Under the pieces are notes generated by a model. The model was not told the origin of the DNA. It ran no database searches and was given only the letters and a program-made list of their open reading frames with translations. From the NCBI GenBank assembly GCA_964612905.1, contig CAZTFN010000001.1, forward strand, positions 1 through 42,015: a stretch of 42,015 bases of DNA, given 5' to 3'. Of this stretch, positions 8,601 through 17,748 are shown piece by piece (the first letter of the stretch is position 1; each line of letters begins with the position of its first letter). Source of the stretch: an uncultured Flavobacterium sp. GTDB taxonomy: Bacteria > Bacteroidota > Bacteroidia > Flavobacteriales > Flavobacteriaceae. Position numbers and translations under genes: made by a program.

Positions 8601-10368
8601 TACTGGTGTATTCACCAGTATAGGCTACCCTTCCAAGTTGATCATACTTTGTAAACAGCCATTTATTTTGACTTCTCTGATTGGCATCTTGGGTAAGTCT
8701 AGGTCGATCTAGTTCGTCATATACAATGTATTCTTTCCCTTTGCCAGGGATTTGTTTTTCTACCAATCGGTTTCGATGATCGTATTTGTATTGATACCCT
8801 AGATCTGCTAATTTACCGTTGATGGTACCCAAGTTGCTGGTTGTAGCCTCCATCTTAGGAGGTAATACGAAGGTTAAGTTCCCATAAACATCATATACAT
8901 AATAAGTGTCAAAAGCTGCTGACGAACTACCCTGAGTAGGACCGTAAGTTCTTTTCAAAATCACTTGCCCTTTTAGGTTTGTGAATTCTTGGGTTGTTCT
9001 GTTGTTTCCATCAGATGTTGTCCAATTTTCATCTTTGGTAATGGATTTTCTAAGGGTATTTTGATCGTAATAAGATACTGCCCCTTCCAATGCTGGATTT
9101 GTACCCGATAGATCTACAGAAAATATCTTTACTTCGTTACTTGCATTGGAATCATATTCCATACGAATGGAATGTCCGTCTGAATAGCTCTTACCAGAGA
9201 CCATACTGGTTCCTTGTTTCCAATCTTCACCAGGTGCCGTTTGCTCAACGACTCTTCCCAAAGGGGTCAATTCAAAAGCTTTTTCTGAGAAAACATTTGC
9301 TTCTATGGGAACCACAACTCCAGAAAAATCATCGGCATAATTTTCTAGATAGTAATTGTGCGTTGCTAGTTTCGCTCCAATTTTTATCTCACCATTTGTG
9401 TTAGAGGCGGCATAAGGTAAATATTCTTTGGATCTTCTTCCTAAATCGTCGTATTCTACATGAGTGATGATATCCTTTGCCATGATTTCTCCATCTACCG
9501 AAACACCTGCGCTGGTGAGGATTTCGTTTAAAGAATCTTCACTACCATCGATCTTTTGCAGGACGGGACTCCAAAAGTATTGTCTGGTATTGGTGTCGGT
9601 TGCATGAAAGAGGTAGCTTCTAAAAAATTTGCTGGTTGTTGCGCTTCCCCATTTAAATTCAGAGCCATCAATAACCTTGTTTCCATCAGTATCATAGACT
9701 CCTGATATTCCTAGATCACCTCCTGAGTATCCGATGGGATGAACATAGCCAACCATCAAATACCAGGTATCAAGTTCAGGAAGGTCACCTACAAAAAAGT
9801 AAGGACTTGAATTGACAGTTCCATTTAAATTATGAATATTCCCTGAATTGCTAGTCACCCCGAAAAGAGTGGTTCCATCGGCTAAGTTTCCCGATTTTTT
9901 TACCCATAAGGTATAGCGATAGGCTTTGGAGTTATCAACGGTGATTTGATCTGTGTTCCAGCCTCCATCGGGTCCAGTTGCTGTATCTACATTAATGCAC
10001 TCCCAAATCAAATCTGTATTTCCAAAGGGAGTTGTACCGCTTATGATTTGATTCTCTGCGCTTGTTCCATTCAAATTAAAAAAGCCTGAGTTGGTGGGTG
10101 ATCCTGCATTCCAATCGTATAGGAACTCATTGTTACCATAGTTTGCTCCTCCACCTTTTACAATGACCGATTGTTTCAACCTTCCTAAGCCATCAAAATA
10201 TTGAATGGAGGTATTGGTGCTGTCGGTATGTTGAGTCACCGCAGGAGTTTGGGTTTTGACTTTATATACTTTGTTTAAAACGTAATTCTCTGTAGTTGTT
10301 TGTGCACTTATTGTGAAAACTCCTAGGATACAACAAAGAGATAAGAGTTGTTTTATAAAATTTTTCAT
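5620..10368 (-). CDS. Bacteroidota DUF6443-type Rhs repeat-associated core protein with C-terminal putative cysteine-protease toxin domain
   Basis: Signal peptide; ENYV...QYFDGLGR..Q N-terminus; YD repeats; YQYKDHLGNVRLSY, FYPFGLKHKGYN, RNYDASLARFHNIDPLAE, SPYAFSENKVISHFELEGL core end; IWGHG...GNCNAG in the C-terminal extension. Confidence 0.93.
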   Translation of the reverse strand: MKNFIKQLLSLCCILGVFTISAQTTTENYVLNKVYKVKTQTPAVTQHTDSTNTSIQYFDGLGRLKQSVIVKGGGANYGNNEFLYDWNAGSPTNSGFFNLNGTSAENQIISGTTPFGNTDLIWECINVDTATGPDGGWNTDQITVDNSKAYRYTLWVKKSGNLADGTTLFGVTSNSGNIHNLNGTVNSSPYFFVGDLPELDTWYLMVGYVHPIGYSGGDLGISGVYDTDGNKVIDGSEFKWGSATTSKFFRSYLFHATDTNTRQYFWSPVLQKIDGSEDSLNEILTSAGVSVDGEIMAKDIITHVEYDDLGRRSKEYLPYAASNTNGEIKIGAKLATHNYYLENYADDFSGVVVPIEANVFSEKAFELTPLGRVVEQTAPGEDWKQGTSMVSGKSYSDGHSIRMEYDSNASNEVKIFSVDLSGTNPALEGAVSYYDQNTLRKSITKDENWTTSDGNNRTTQEFTNLKGQVILKRTYGPTQGSSSAAFDTYYVYDVYGNLTFVLPPKMEATTSNLGTINGKLADLGYQYKYDHRNRLVEKQIPGKGKEYIVYDELDRPRLTQDANQRSQNKWLFTKYDQLGRVAYTGEYTSNVSRETMQSNIDSFSGANFELRTGQILMSGTPVFYTKNSFPNTTSVTIFTINYYDSYNSNFFPSGFSTPSLSYGNTATTQTQGLPLCIWTRVLGTSNFIKTVNYYDDQARPVYTYSQNEHLGTTDIVESKLDFVGKVLETTTTHTKTGATTNLVTIDRFEYDHMDRLVSQSQQVKNQFMERIVKNNYDDLGQLESKLVGNGAVQGFTDVTSGVSISNGIISKTSGSCWHVGLATVGSFQADGYVEYEANDDSFFMVGLSDTNVNAVWTTIDYAIYNEGTGYVVYENTSYKGNFGQFQIGDIFRIERIGDKIHYKRNGKTFYISEKPSTGSLIGDVSMCGNGSPIKNLHIVDNSKGLQNVDYTYNVRGWLKNINNDAQNDNDLFDFSLHYNDPVGTNTTPLFNGNISQASWSTASSVYNTGSAVSNQYNYSYDVLNRITSAVDNTGTYNLTGISYDKNGNILTLQRRGHNGTSPITGYMDNLVYTYDTNSNQLKKVLDNGDDNHGFKDGANVTTEYTYDVNGNMLRDSNKGITSDIQYNFLNLPTSIGFASQQANITYTYDATGLKLKKVVAGSGIASTTTEYAGNYIYRNNILQFFNHAEGYVKYENGVFEYVYQYKDHLGNVRLSYSDNDSDGVITVSGDPNTNEIIDENHFYPFGLKHKGYNNVISSNGNSLGQKDKTFQGQKIDDELGLNWHAFKWRNYDASLARFHNIDPLAEKFFYNSPYAFSENKVISHFELEGLEAVLAITMGKDVQYRGGMVQQAQPDAIHTNIQKGGGSEFAQAFKDASASDPKGIAFVAIWGHGSAGSVWGSGSSFYMNTSDLSELNNSIKNGDVKFTSDAIIYVGNCNAGTCGTSDPRSFAAELSKITGVTVIGGNDSVGLGKSPVESGNAMIYWMYNPRTDSFLEFKNGVEVDNLGGSIDVIKLMNQLVSPRSAVTPAGAGLTPAGIQPVGQQACYDCQRRARERQLWEWNSDPQRLHDGDFRRDNWKEGN

Positions 10369-10374
10369 AGCTGC

Positions 10375-13300
10375 TTAGTTTTTAAGATGGTACTGATTCT
10401 CTGATATAATGTTGCCATCTTTGTCTTTGATAAGGACAAGTCGGTTCTGATTGTCGTACTGGTAATAAACAGTGTTCCCACGTGGATCGGTAATACTAGA
10501 GACTCCAACTAAAGGGATGTATTTGTAGGTTGTTACCATGGCTCCTGAGATGGAACGCAGTTGAGCTTCCTGTGTGGTAGTTAGTTCGCCAGGAACTTGA
10601 GCGCCCGTGGTAAAGGATGACAGTGCCTCAATTTGATCATAGGTAGCATTTTCTACCTTGGCCACGGGGAGGGTCTTATTATGTCCCCAGATATAGCTTA
10701 TAGTGGTTCCATTAGCCAGAGAGACTTCCAGAGGATTTCCATTGCTGTCATAATCATGATAGATAATACGATCTTCTAAGGTGTTATTACCTTTAGATAC
10801 TTGAACTTTTTCAGGTAGATAATTCAATCCATCTGGCATAAAAATGGTGTTTTGAGTTGCCAGTTTTACATCATCATTGCTATTGAGAAGGTTTCCTTCA
10901 AAAGTTTCTGTCTTGATAGGCATGGCAATCTGGTTTCTGCTAATCAACGTATTGTTGTTTAGATCATGAGCGTAATAATTCTTTGTTTTTACAGCTTTAC
11001 CTTGACTGGTCTTTACAGTAGATTCGTCCAATAATTGATAGCTATTGTAGTTAAAGGTCTTGGCAGTAATTACATTATCGGTTTGGTTATGCTCTTGGAT
11101 TAGATATCGCTTTGAATTGACCTCTTTATACAATTTTAGATCATGAAGACTTCTCAGGTTGTCATGACAGGTTGGATTGTAATTATAACAATTTCCATTA
11201 GACCAATTAAGTATGTTGTTTAGGCGTTTGAAGTAGACAAAACTCCACGGATGATTCGAACTTGCATCGTAATCGGTTCCTGATTGTAATGCGGGTTTTA
11301 TGGTCACGTAATCTCTGGTGGTAGAGGAGATGGTGGTATTATCTTCTTTTCTTAGGTGGGTACCATCTTTGACCGCTTTGGTCAGATCCTCACCCCTGGG
11401 AATTAGTGGATATATCAAAGACACATCTTCTTCGGGTAGGTAAAAATTTTGGTTGACCACTCCATTGGTCTTTACAGCAGGATTTAGCGAAAGGCTTTTA
11501 TAAGTTTTAATCGACTCATAATAGACTGGTACACCATGATGAGACTCTAAGGCAGTGTATGAGTTGAGTAAAAACTCATTAAGCACCATTTGAGTGGTTA
11601 CATATTGTTGTGTATTGTCATCAAAGTCTATATGATCCCACTCATGTCTATAAGAAAGTGTTGGGATTTGATTTTGTCTTCCCGTTGAATAACCAAAACG
11701 ATCGTTATAATCGTAATGAGTGACTCCTGTAAGTTCTCCTGTATGATCGTAATTGGCTGTGCGCGATACTCGAATTCCACCAACATCCACGTTAATGTAT
11801 GGGTCCTGACTAGGATCATGCCATTGCAGTCCAATTTCTCCATACAAACTGTCATATGTTAAATGGTTCACATCAATAGAAAAGGTGTAAGTCCCTGGTG
11901 GGATCCAAAAACTTCCTCCAGAATTCCCATAAGAATCAGCAGTCGTTTCACTAGTACACCCATATAACTGACTTAGCTGATTAGAAGTTTGAGGGTAGTA
12001 AACACAATTGTTATCAGGGTCATAAGCCATTGTTAAAGCAGGTTTTACAATGGGGTTTGGATAATATGGGCATGAGGTTGTCTCAACCATTTTGGCTCTC
12101 GCATCTGCAATATCAATGGTGTATACACCTTGGTAGGTAGGAGTTGTGTGGTAACAATTACCATAACCGCTTGTGCTACTTCCAGTAGTTTCAGTAATGG
12201 TTAAATAAATAGAATTTCCGTGAGCCACATTCCCTTGCACTTTATGGTATAGATAAGCTCTGGTTGGCTGTGTGAAGGTCTTGGTAATGGTTGCATGACG
12301 ATCATTATTAGATATTTTAGCATCAACACTGATTACAAAACCATCGTTAAAAGCTTCATTTTGATTTCCAGCTCCTGGTATATTGTCTTCTTTGACCTGA
12401 TTCTGCTGATAGGCAATATCTGTATATCCTTTGGTTGGATAAATAATTCGCCTTAGTGCTCCTAGCATGGTGGCACTAAAGTTTGGGTTTTTATTAGCTG
12501 TGAAATTTGGCCCATCAAAAGGAAGGTGCAATGCTCTGTTATTTCCTGCTTGATTGTAAAACCTCCAATAATCTTGATCATAAGGTTTTGGGTCTGTTAC
12601 ACTTTGCGTAAAAGCAGGGATGTTCCCTGGAGTATGAATTCCAAAGTATTCAAAGTCATATAAAGTTTCTCCATTTTTTTCAACCTTTACCAATGCATCA
12701 CGTACTCCTTGATAGGTGAAATCAAACGTATTGATTACTGTATTGTAAAGATTCTTTACCTGAATTTTGGAGATTAAAAGGCGCCCTTGGTTATTAATTC
12801 GAGTAATATGAATACTTCCTGATGGGAAGGTAATGGTATTTAATAGCTGTCGGTCCATTTCAGAGACTCTAAACTCATCACTATAATCAGACTGCCAATC
12901 GGCAGCATAGTTTCCTTGAAGGGAAGCTCCTGGAGCACTTGCATCTAGATCGTATTCAGTTGCTCTAGCGGCAAAGTTATAGTCAAAATAACTGTTTACC
13001 TGATAATCAAATTCAATTACTTGACTTGTTGGGTATTCAATTTTAGACAACATCCAGGCGGTGGTATTATCGTCTGCAAAGGCGGTAGTTCCTGCGGGTT
13101 CTTGCACAACTTCTTCTCTATCATCCGCATCAAAACGATATATAATTCCCTTATCATCTGTTACAATAAAGGAAGCAATCTCAAACTCCTGTGTATTATC
13201 CACAGTAGGCTGTATGATATAATTACTCTTGGAAAGACCATAAACTTGAGCGCTGCTAGCGCCGACTCTTTTGATCTTAAATGAAAAAGTATCCCCAGCG

Positions 13301-13791
13301 AGGTTCAATCTGTATAGATCAACCTCAGAGTCGTATTGTTTTTCTAGAAACTTTTGAAGGTCCGTCCAGTTTGTTGTATTGACCTGTCCATCATTTTGGT
13401 AATCGGCAACAACAGCATTTATTTTAGCTTCTACATTATTCTGTCCATAGTAGCCATCTGGATGTCCATCAGGCAATCCTCTAGATTGTTTGGTAATGGA
13501 GGCATAGGCGGACAGATTCCATCCGAGTCCATTTAGTGATGGTTTGCCTTCCAAAATTAATCCACCATAGCTGTAATTTAGCGAGATTGGCCAACTGTAA
13601 GCTCCCGCACTAATATTGTGAATGGGGATGCTATAACTCATCCGTCCTGTGGAGTTCGTTAAATCAAAATCACCGTATCTTCCCAGACTGGCTGCTTCTG
13701 GAGAAGTAGGTGTTACCTGTGGCAGAGCTACCTGCCCATAGATGCTAACAGAGCATAACACTGTCATCATCACGAAAAGAATTCTTTTCAT
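10375..13791 (-). CDS. Secreted YD-repeat (TcB/SpvB-like) partner of the Rhs protein
   Basis: Signal peptide; PTSPEAASLGRYG...TG..SYSIPI...ISLNY...GLGWNL N-terminus; VGGIRV; C-terminal TYKYIPLVGVSSITDPRG...YQYDNQNRL...KDKDGNII typical of genes preceding DUF6443 Rhs; 6 nt from the Rhs start. Confidence 0.88.
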   Translation of the reverse strand: MKRILFVMMTVLCSVSIYGQVALPQVTPTSPEAASLGRYGDFDLTNSTGRMSYSIPIHNISAGAYSWPISLNYSYGGLILEGKPSLNGLGWNLSAYASITKQSRGLPDGHPDGYYGQNNVEAKINAVVADYQNDGQVNTTNWTDLQKFLEKQYDSEVDLYRLNLAGDTFSFKIKRVGASSAQVYGLSKSNYIIQPTVDNTQEFEIASFIVTDDKGIIYRFDADDREEVVQEPAGTTAFADDNTTAWMLSKIEYPTSQVIEFDYQVNSYFDYNFAARATEYDLDASAPGASLQGNYAADWQSDYSDEFRVSEMDRQLLNTITFPSGSIHITRINNQGRLLISKIQVKNLYNTVINTFDFTYQGVRDALVKVEKNGETLYDFEYFGIHTPGNIPAFTQSVTDPKPYDQDYWRFYNQAGNNRALHLPFDGPNFTANKNPNFSATMLGALRRIIYPTKGYTDIAYQQNQVKEDNIPGAGNQNEAFNDGFVISVDAKISNNDRHATITKTFTQPTRAYLYHKVQGNVAHGNSIYLTITETTGSSTSGYGNCYHTTPTYQGVYTIDIADARAKMVETTSCPYYPNPIVKPALTMAYDPDNNCVYYPQTSNQLSQLYGCTSETTADSYGNSGGSFWIPPGTYTFSIDVNHLTYDSLYGEIGLQWHDPSQDPYINVDVGGIRVSRTANYDHTGELTGVTHYDYNDRFGYSTGRQNQIPTLSYRHEWDHIDFDDNTQQYVTTQMVLNEFLLNSYTALESHHGVPVYYESIKTYKSLSLNPAVKTNGVVNQNFYLPEEDVSLIYPLIPRGEDLTKAVKDGTHLRKEDNTTISSTTRDYVTIKPALQSGTDYDASSNHPWSFVYFKRLNNILNWSNGNCYNYNPTCHDNLRSLHDLKLYKEVNSKRYLIQEHNQTDNVITAKTFNYNSYQLLDESTVKTSQGKAVKTKNYYAHDLNNNTLISRNQIAMPIKTETFEGNLLNSNDDVKLATQNTIFMPDGLNYLPEKVQVSKGNNTLEDRIIYHDYDSNGNPLEVSLANGTTISYIWGHNKTLPVAKVENATYDQIEALSSFTTGAQVPGELTTTQEAQLRSISGAMVTTYKYIPLVGVSSITDPRGNTVYYQYDNQNRLVLIKDKDGNIISENQYHLKN

Positions 13792-13954
13792 ACAATTGTT
13801 TTTTATGTTAGTAAGTTGTTCTTTGAAAAAGACAGATGAAGGGGTAATTTTCTAGAATAAAATGACAATTCATCAACCAGTTAAACTAGCTGATCATAAA
13901 TTTGACCATCAAAATTTCAAGAAAATACATAGCAATCTTTTCTTTTATACACGT

Positions 13955-13962
13955 CAAAGATA
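13955..13962 (-). promoter_or_regulatory. Bacteroidota -7 promoter element (TATCTTTG) for the Rhs operon
   Basis: Matches TAnnTTTG about 165 nt upstream of ATG 13791. Confidence 0.6.
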
Positions 13963-14103
13963 TAAAAAATTGTTACCCCAAAAAAAGGAAAACCTTAATT
14001 GGGATTCCAGTAGCTGAGAAATGGTGATGATAGTGATCTAATTCAACTCTTCTTGGAAAATGCCTGATAAAAGAGCGAGTAATTCATGGTTTATTATTAA
14101 CCT

Positions 14104-15378
14104 CTACCAATCATAACTCTTCCCTGCATCTAGCTTTACAAAGATAAAGAGGAGTAAGGTAAAACCCCAGAGTGAAGATCCTCCATAGCTGAAGAAGGGA
14201 AGTGGGATTCCAACAGTGGGCAAAAGACCTATGACCATTCCTACATTAATAAGCAGGTGAAAGAAAAGCACCGAGGCAACTCCATAACCATATATTCTTC
14301 CAAACTTGTTGGTATGCTGTTCTGCTCTATTGATGATTCGAAATAGGAGTACAACATACAATATGATGACAATGGAGGTTCCTGCGAAACCCCATTCTTC
14401 TCCTACCGTACTGAATATATAATCTGTTTCTTGTGCTGGAACAAACTTTCCTTGTGTTCTGTCTCCATTTAAATAACCTTTTCCAAATCCACCTCCAGAA
14501 CTAATTGTCTGAATAGCCTGATCTGTATTGTAGCCAATATTTCGAGTGTCGTCTGTGAGTCCTAGCAACACCTCAAACCGATCTTTTTGATGAGGTTGAA
14601 TCACATTGTTATACGCATAGTCAACACTGAAAGTAAAAAGCGAAGCGAGCACATACATGGCTACAATTTTTACCCAGTTAAACCGAAAAAAACGTTTGTC
14701 CTTGTATAAGTTGTAGATAACGTATAAACTAATTATAGTCAGTACAATGATCAACACGAGTTTCACTCCCCATAAAATGGTAAAGAGAAATAAGACGGTA
14801 GCTACAACACCTAAAACAGTATATATTAGGGTGAGACCTTCACGATTCAGTACGAAGAAGAATGAAAGGTATACTAATGCGGATCCTGCATCGTGAATGG
14901 CAATCAAAGTTGCGGGTAAGAAAATAACAATAAACGCTTTTATTTGATTTTTGATCAATCCAAGATTGTACTTTCGATCACTTAAAAGCTTTGCAATTGC
15001 GAGCGCGGTGAATACTTTGGCAAACTCTGAAGGTTGCAATCCGACACCTCCAAATCTATACCAAGACTTTGCTCCGTTAATTTCGGACCCGAAGGCAAAC
15101 AATCCTAAAAGACTTAAAATGCAGACCAGGTAGAATATACTAGCAAAACGTTCGTAAAACTTACCGCTGATGAAAAGGGTAAAAATGATGATCGGGATAC
15201 TCAGAATAATCCACAACAGTTGTTTTCCATATTCTATAGAGAGATCAAAGATGGCTGAATGTTCTTCTGTAAAAGAAGCTGCGTAAATGTTCATCCACCC
15301 AAAACCCACTAGCAATGCGTAGATTAAGACGATGAACCAATCTACACCATAGAAGATGTTAGTTCGTTCCTGTCTCAA
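14104..15378 (-). CDS. rodA: Rod shape-determining protein RodA (likely TTG start at 15378)
   Basis: GAKSW...LQPSEFAK, TDYIFSTVGEEWGF, GIPLPFFSYGGSS SEDS motifs; follows mrdA. Confidence 0.95.
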   Translation of the reverse strand: MRQERTNIFYGVDWFIVLIYALLVGFGWMNIYAASFTEEHSAIFDLSIEYGKQLLWIILSIPIIIFTLFISGKFYERFASIFYLVCILSLLGLFAFGSEINGAKSWYRFGGVGLQPSEFAKVFTALAIAKLLSDRKYNLGLIKNQIKAFIVIFLPATLIAIHDAGSALVYLSFFFVLNREGLTLIYTVLGVVATVLFLFTILWGVKLVLIIVLTIISLYVIYNLYKDKRFFRFNWVKIVAMYVLASLFTFSVDYAYNNVIQPHQKDRFEVLLGLTDDTRNIGYNTDQAIQTISSGGGFGKGYLNGDRTQGKFVPAQETDYIFSTVGEEWGFAGTSIVIILYVVLLFRIINRAEQHTNKFGRIYGYGVASVLFFHLLINVGMVIGLLPTVGIPLPFFSYGGSSLWGFTLLLFIFVKLDAGKSYDW

Positions 15379-17239
15379 GAGTTTCGGGTTTAAAAATAAC
15401 TTGGTTGTAAATAGGGTAGAGGTCCTTTTTGAGTACGTGGTTTTCAATCCACTTTCGCTCTACTTTTCCTGTGAGATACTTTTCTACCATCAAGCTAGTA
15501 ATGGGTGCTGCAATGGTGGAACCATAACCTCCATTTTCAATAAAAACCGCCAAAGCAATCTTTGGGTTTTCTTTGGGAGCGAAGGCAACTAAGATGGAAT
15601 GATCTGGTAGTTGTACTTTGGTACCATCAATGATTGCAAAGTTCTCTACTGTACCCGTTTTTCCAACAATATCGATTCCCTTGATGTTTACCCAACTTGC
15701 GGTTCCGTTTTTAAATACAGAGTGCATTCCTTCAATGACAGGGCCAAAATGTTCTTTGTCAATTGTCGTTTGTTTCGGAATCACATAGGCCGAATCTGTA
15801 ATACGTTTGTTGTTAACACTCTTCACAATGTGAGGCGTATAAAAATGACCTCTGTTGGCAATTGCAGCGGTTACATTCGCTAGCTGAATAGGTGTGGTAA
15901 TCACTTCTCCTTGTCCAATAGCATTGGAAATATTGGTGGAAGCATTCCATTTGTATCTGTTTCTACGCTCATAGTAAGCTCCGTCTGGAATCAATCCGTC
16001 ATCACCTTCCGGAAGATCGTAACCTAGATAATTTCCTAGTCCAAAGCTTTTCATATGCGTGCTCCAGTTGTTCATTCCTTCTTCAGGATTGTTGTCCTTC
16101 TCAACGATGCGCTTGTAGGTATTTGCAAAGTAACTATTGCAAGATTTAGAGATGGCTCTGTTTAGGCTAATGGGTTTTCCATAGATGTCACAGTGGCAAC
16201 CCATAAACTCATGTTTTCTCTTTCCATAACGATATCCACCATAGCAGTAGAAGGGAGTTTGAGTGGTAATCACACCTTCTTGCAATCCAACCAAAGCATT
16301 CAATAATTTAAAGGGTGAACCTGGCGAATATTTAGCTTTCAATCCACGATCGTACATTGGTCTGTGAATGGTGTCATTAAACAGTAATGTTGAATTTCTG
16401 GCGCGCTTTCTTCCCACCATGTCATTGGGATCATAGCTTGGCGCGGTGATCAAAGTAAGTATTTCACCTGTACTAGGTTCAATGGCAACAATTCCACCTC
16501 TTTTCCCTTGCATTAAGTATTCGCCGTATTGCTGAAGCTCACTGTCAATAGTTAAGGATAAATCATGTCCGTTGACTGCCAATGAGTCTTTTTCTCCGTT
16601 TTTATAGGCTCCCGTAATTCTATTCATTCGATCTCGTCGAAAGTATTTTTTCCCCTTCTTTCCACGCAATACTTTTTCATATTGACGTTCAATTCCTGCC
16701 TTACCAATTAAATCTCCTTGGATGTAATAATCGTCCTTTAGTGTAATGGATTGATTTACTTCACTAATATATCCTAAGACATTGGCAGCAGACTTGATCG
16801 GATAGTCTCGAATGACACGCTTCTTGATGTAGAACCCTTCAAACTTATGTAGTTTTTCTTGCAGGTATGCGTAGTCTTCTTTTGCTAACTGTTTTAGAAA
16901 TGTGAAGGGTAAATAGGGTGCATAGTTTACTGCTCGTTGAAATCGTTTGTCGAAATCTTCTTTGTCAATCTTAAGCAATCTGCAGAATTCAAGCGTGTCT
17001 AATGGTTTCACTTCATTAGGAATCACCATCACATCGTAAGAAAGTTGATTAGCAACCAATAATTTTCCATTTCTATCGTAGATATAGCCTCGCTCGGGAT
17101 AGTCAAATTCTACCTTTACTTCGGCATGGGAAATAGGATCATAATCGTCTCCTCTGATCACTTGCAATTGAAACAATCGGATTAAAAAGATCAAACCTAC
17201 GGATAGGATCAAGAAATATAGCAAAAAACTTCGCTTCAT
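15359..17239 (-). CDS. mrdA: Penicillin-binding protein 2
   Basis: RGYIYDRNG, SPFK (SxxK), SCN (SxN), KTGT motifs. Confidence 0.96.
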   Translation of the reverse strand: MKRSFLLYFLILSVGLIFLIRLFQLQVIRGDDYDPISHAEVKVEFDYPERGYIYDRNGKLLVANQLSYDVMVIPNEVKPLDTLEFCRLLKIDKEDFDKRFQRAVNYAPYLPFTFLKQLAKEDYAYLQEKLHKFEGFYIKKRVIRDYPIKSAANVLGYISEVNQSITLKDDYYIQGDLIGKAGIERQYEKVLRGKKGKKYFRRDRMNRITGAYKNGEKDSLAVNGHDLSLTIDSELQQYGEYLMQGKRGGIVAIEPSTGEILTLITAPSYDPNDMVGRKRARNSTLLFNDTIHRPMYDRGLKAKYSPGSPFKLLNALVGLQEGVITTQTPFYCYGGYRYGKRKHEFMGCHCDIYGKPISLNRAISKSCNSYFANTYKRIVEKDNNPEEGMNNWSTHMKSFGLGNYLGYDLPEGDDGLIPDGAYYERRNRYKWNASTNISNAIGQGEVITTPIQLANVTAAIANRGHFYTPHIVKSVNNKRITDSAYVIPKQTTIDKEHFGPVIEGMHSVFKNGTASWVNIKGIDIVGKTGTVENFAIIDGTKVQLPDHSILVAFAPKENPKIALAVFIENGGYGSTIAAPITSLMVEKYLTGKVERKWIENHVLKKDLYPIYNQVIFKPETLETGTN

Positions 17240-17241
17240 GA

Positions 17242-17748
17242 CTAACTAACTTGCTTTTTTCTAAAGATAAAAGATCCTAGGAAATACAGTATCAGAGTGA
17301 ATATACTTGAGTAAATAGTATTCAGGAAAACGCTTCCTAGATTTTGAAAGCTAAAGTTATCTAAACTCAGCAAAATAAAGTGATGAATTAGTGTTAAAGT
17401 TACCACGTAATTAAACACTTGTCCGAAAGATTGACGTTGCAAGTTAAAAAGCAAATAATCGACTTCTGTTTTCTTAAAAAACACCTTGACTAAAAACAAT
17501 CTGAAATAGCCTACAAATACCAAGGCAAAAGCGTGAATTCCACCTGTGTCTGAGAAAAAATCAATTCCTAAACCATAGAAAAATGCAAAGGTGAGGAAAG
17601 GGATTTGATTTTTATTCAGAGGGAAAAGAAACAAGAATACAATGTAGAGATACGGGTTAATATATCCCGCAAAGTTGATGTTGTTCAACACTGCAACTTG
17701 CAGGAAGAAGATCACCGTAAGCCATATGACCATGACCACTCTATTCAT
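17242..17748 (-). CDS. mreD: Rod shape-determining protein MreD
   Basis: Hydrophobic 168 aa with GYINPY and GLGIDFF; lies between mreC and mrdA. Confidence 0.92.
   Translation of the reverse strand: MNRVVMVIWLTVIFFLQVAVLNNINFAGYINPYLYIVFLFLFPLNKNQIPFLTFAFFYGLGIDFFSDTGGIHAFALVFVGYFRLFLVKVFFKKTEVDYLLFNLQRQSFGQVFNYVVTLTLIHHFILLSLDNFSFQNLGSVFLNTIYSSIFTLILYFLGSFIFRKKQVS

Noticed and set aside
15379-15447. Long rodA N-terminus overlapping mrdA
   Set aside because: TTG at 15378 gives the usual short overlap; the extension is probably not translated
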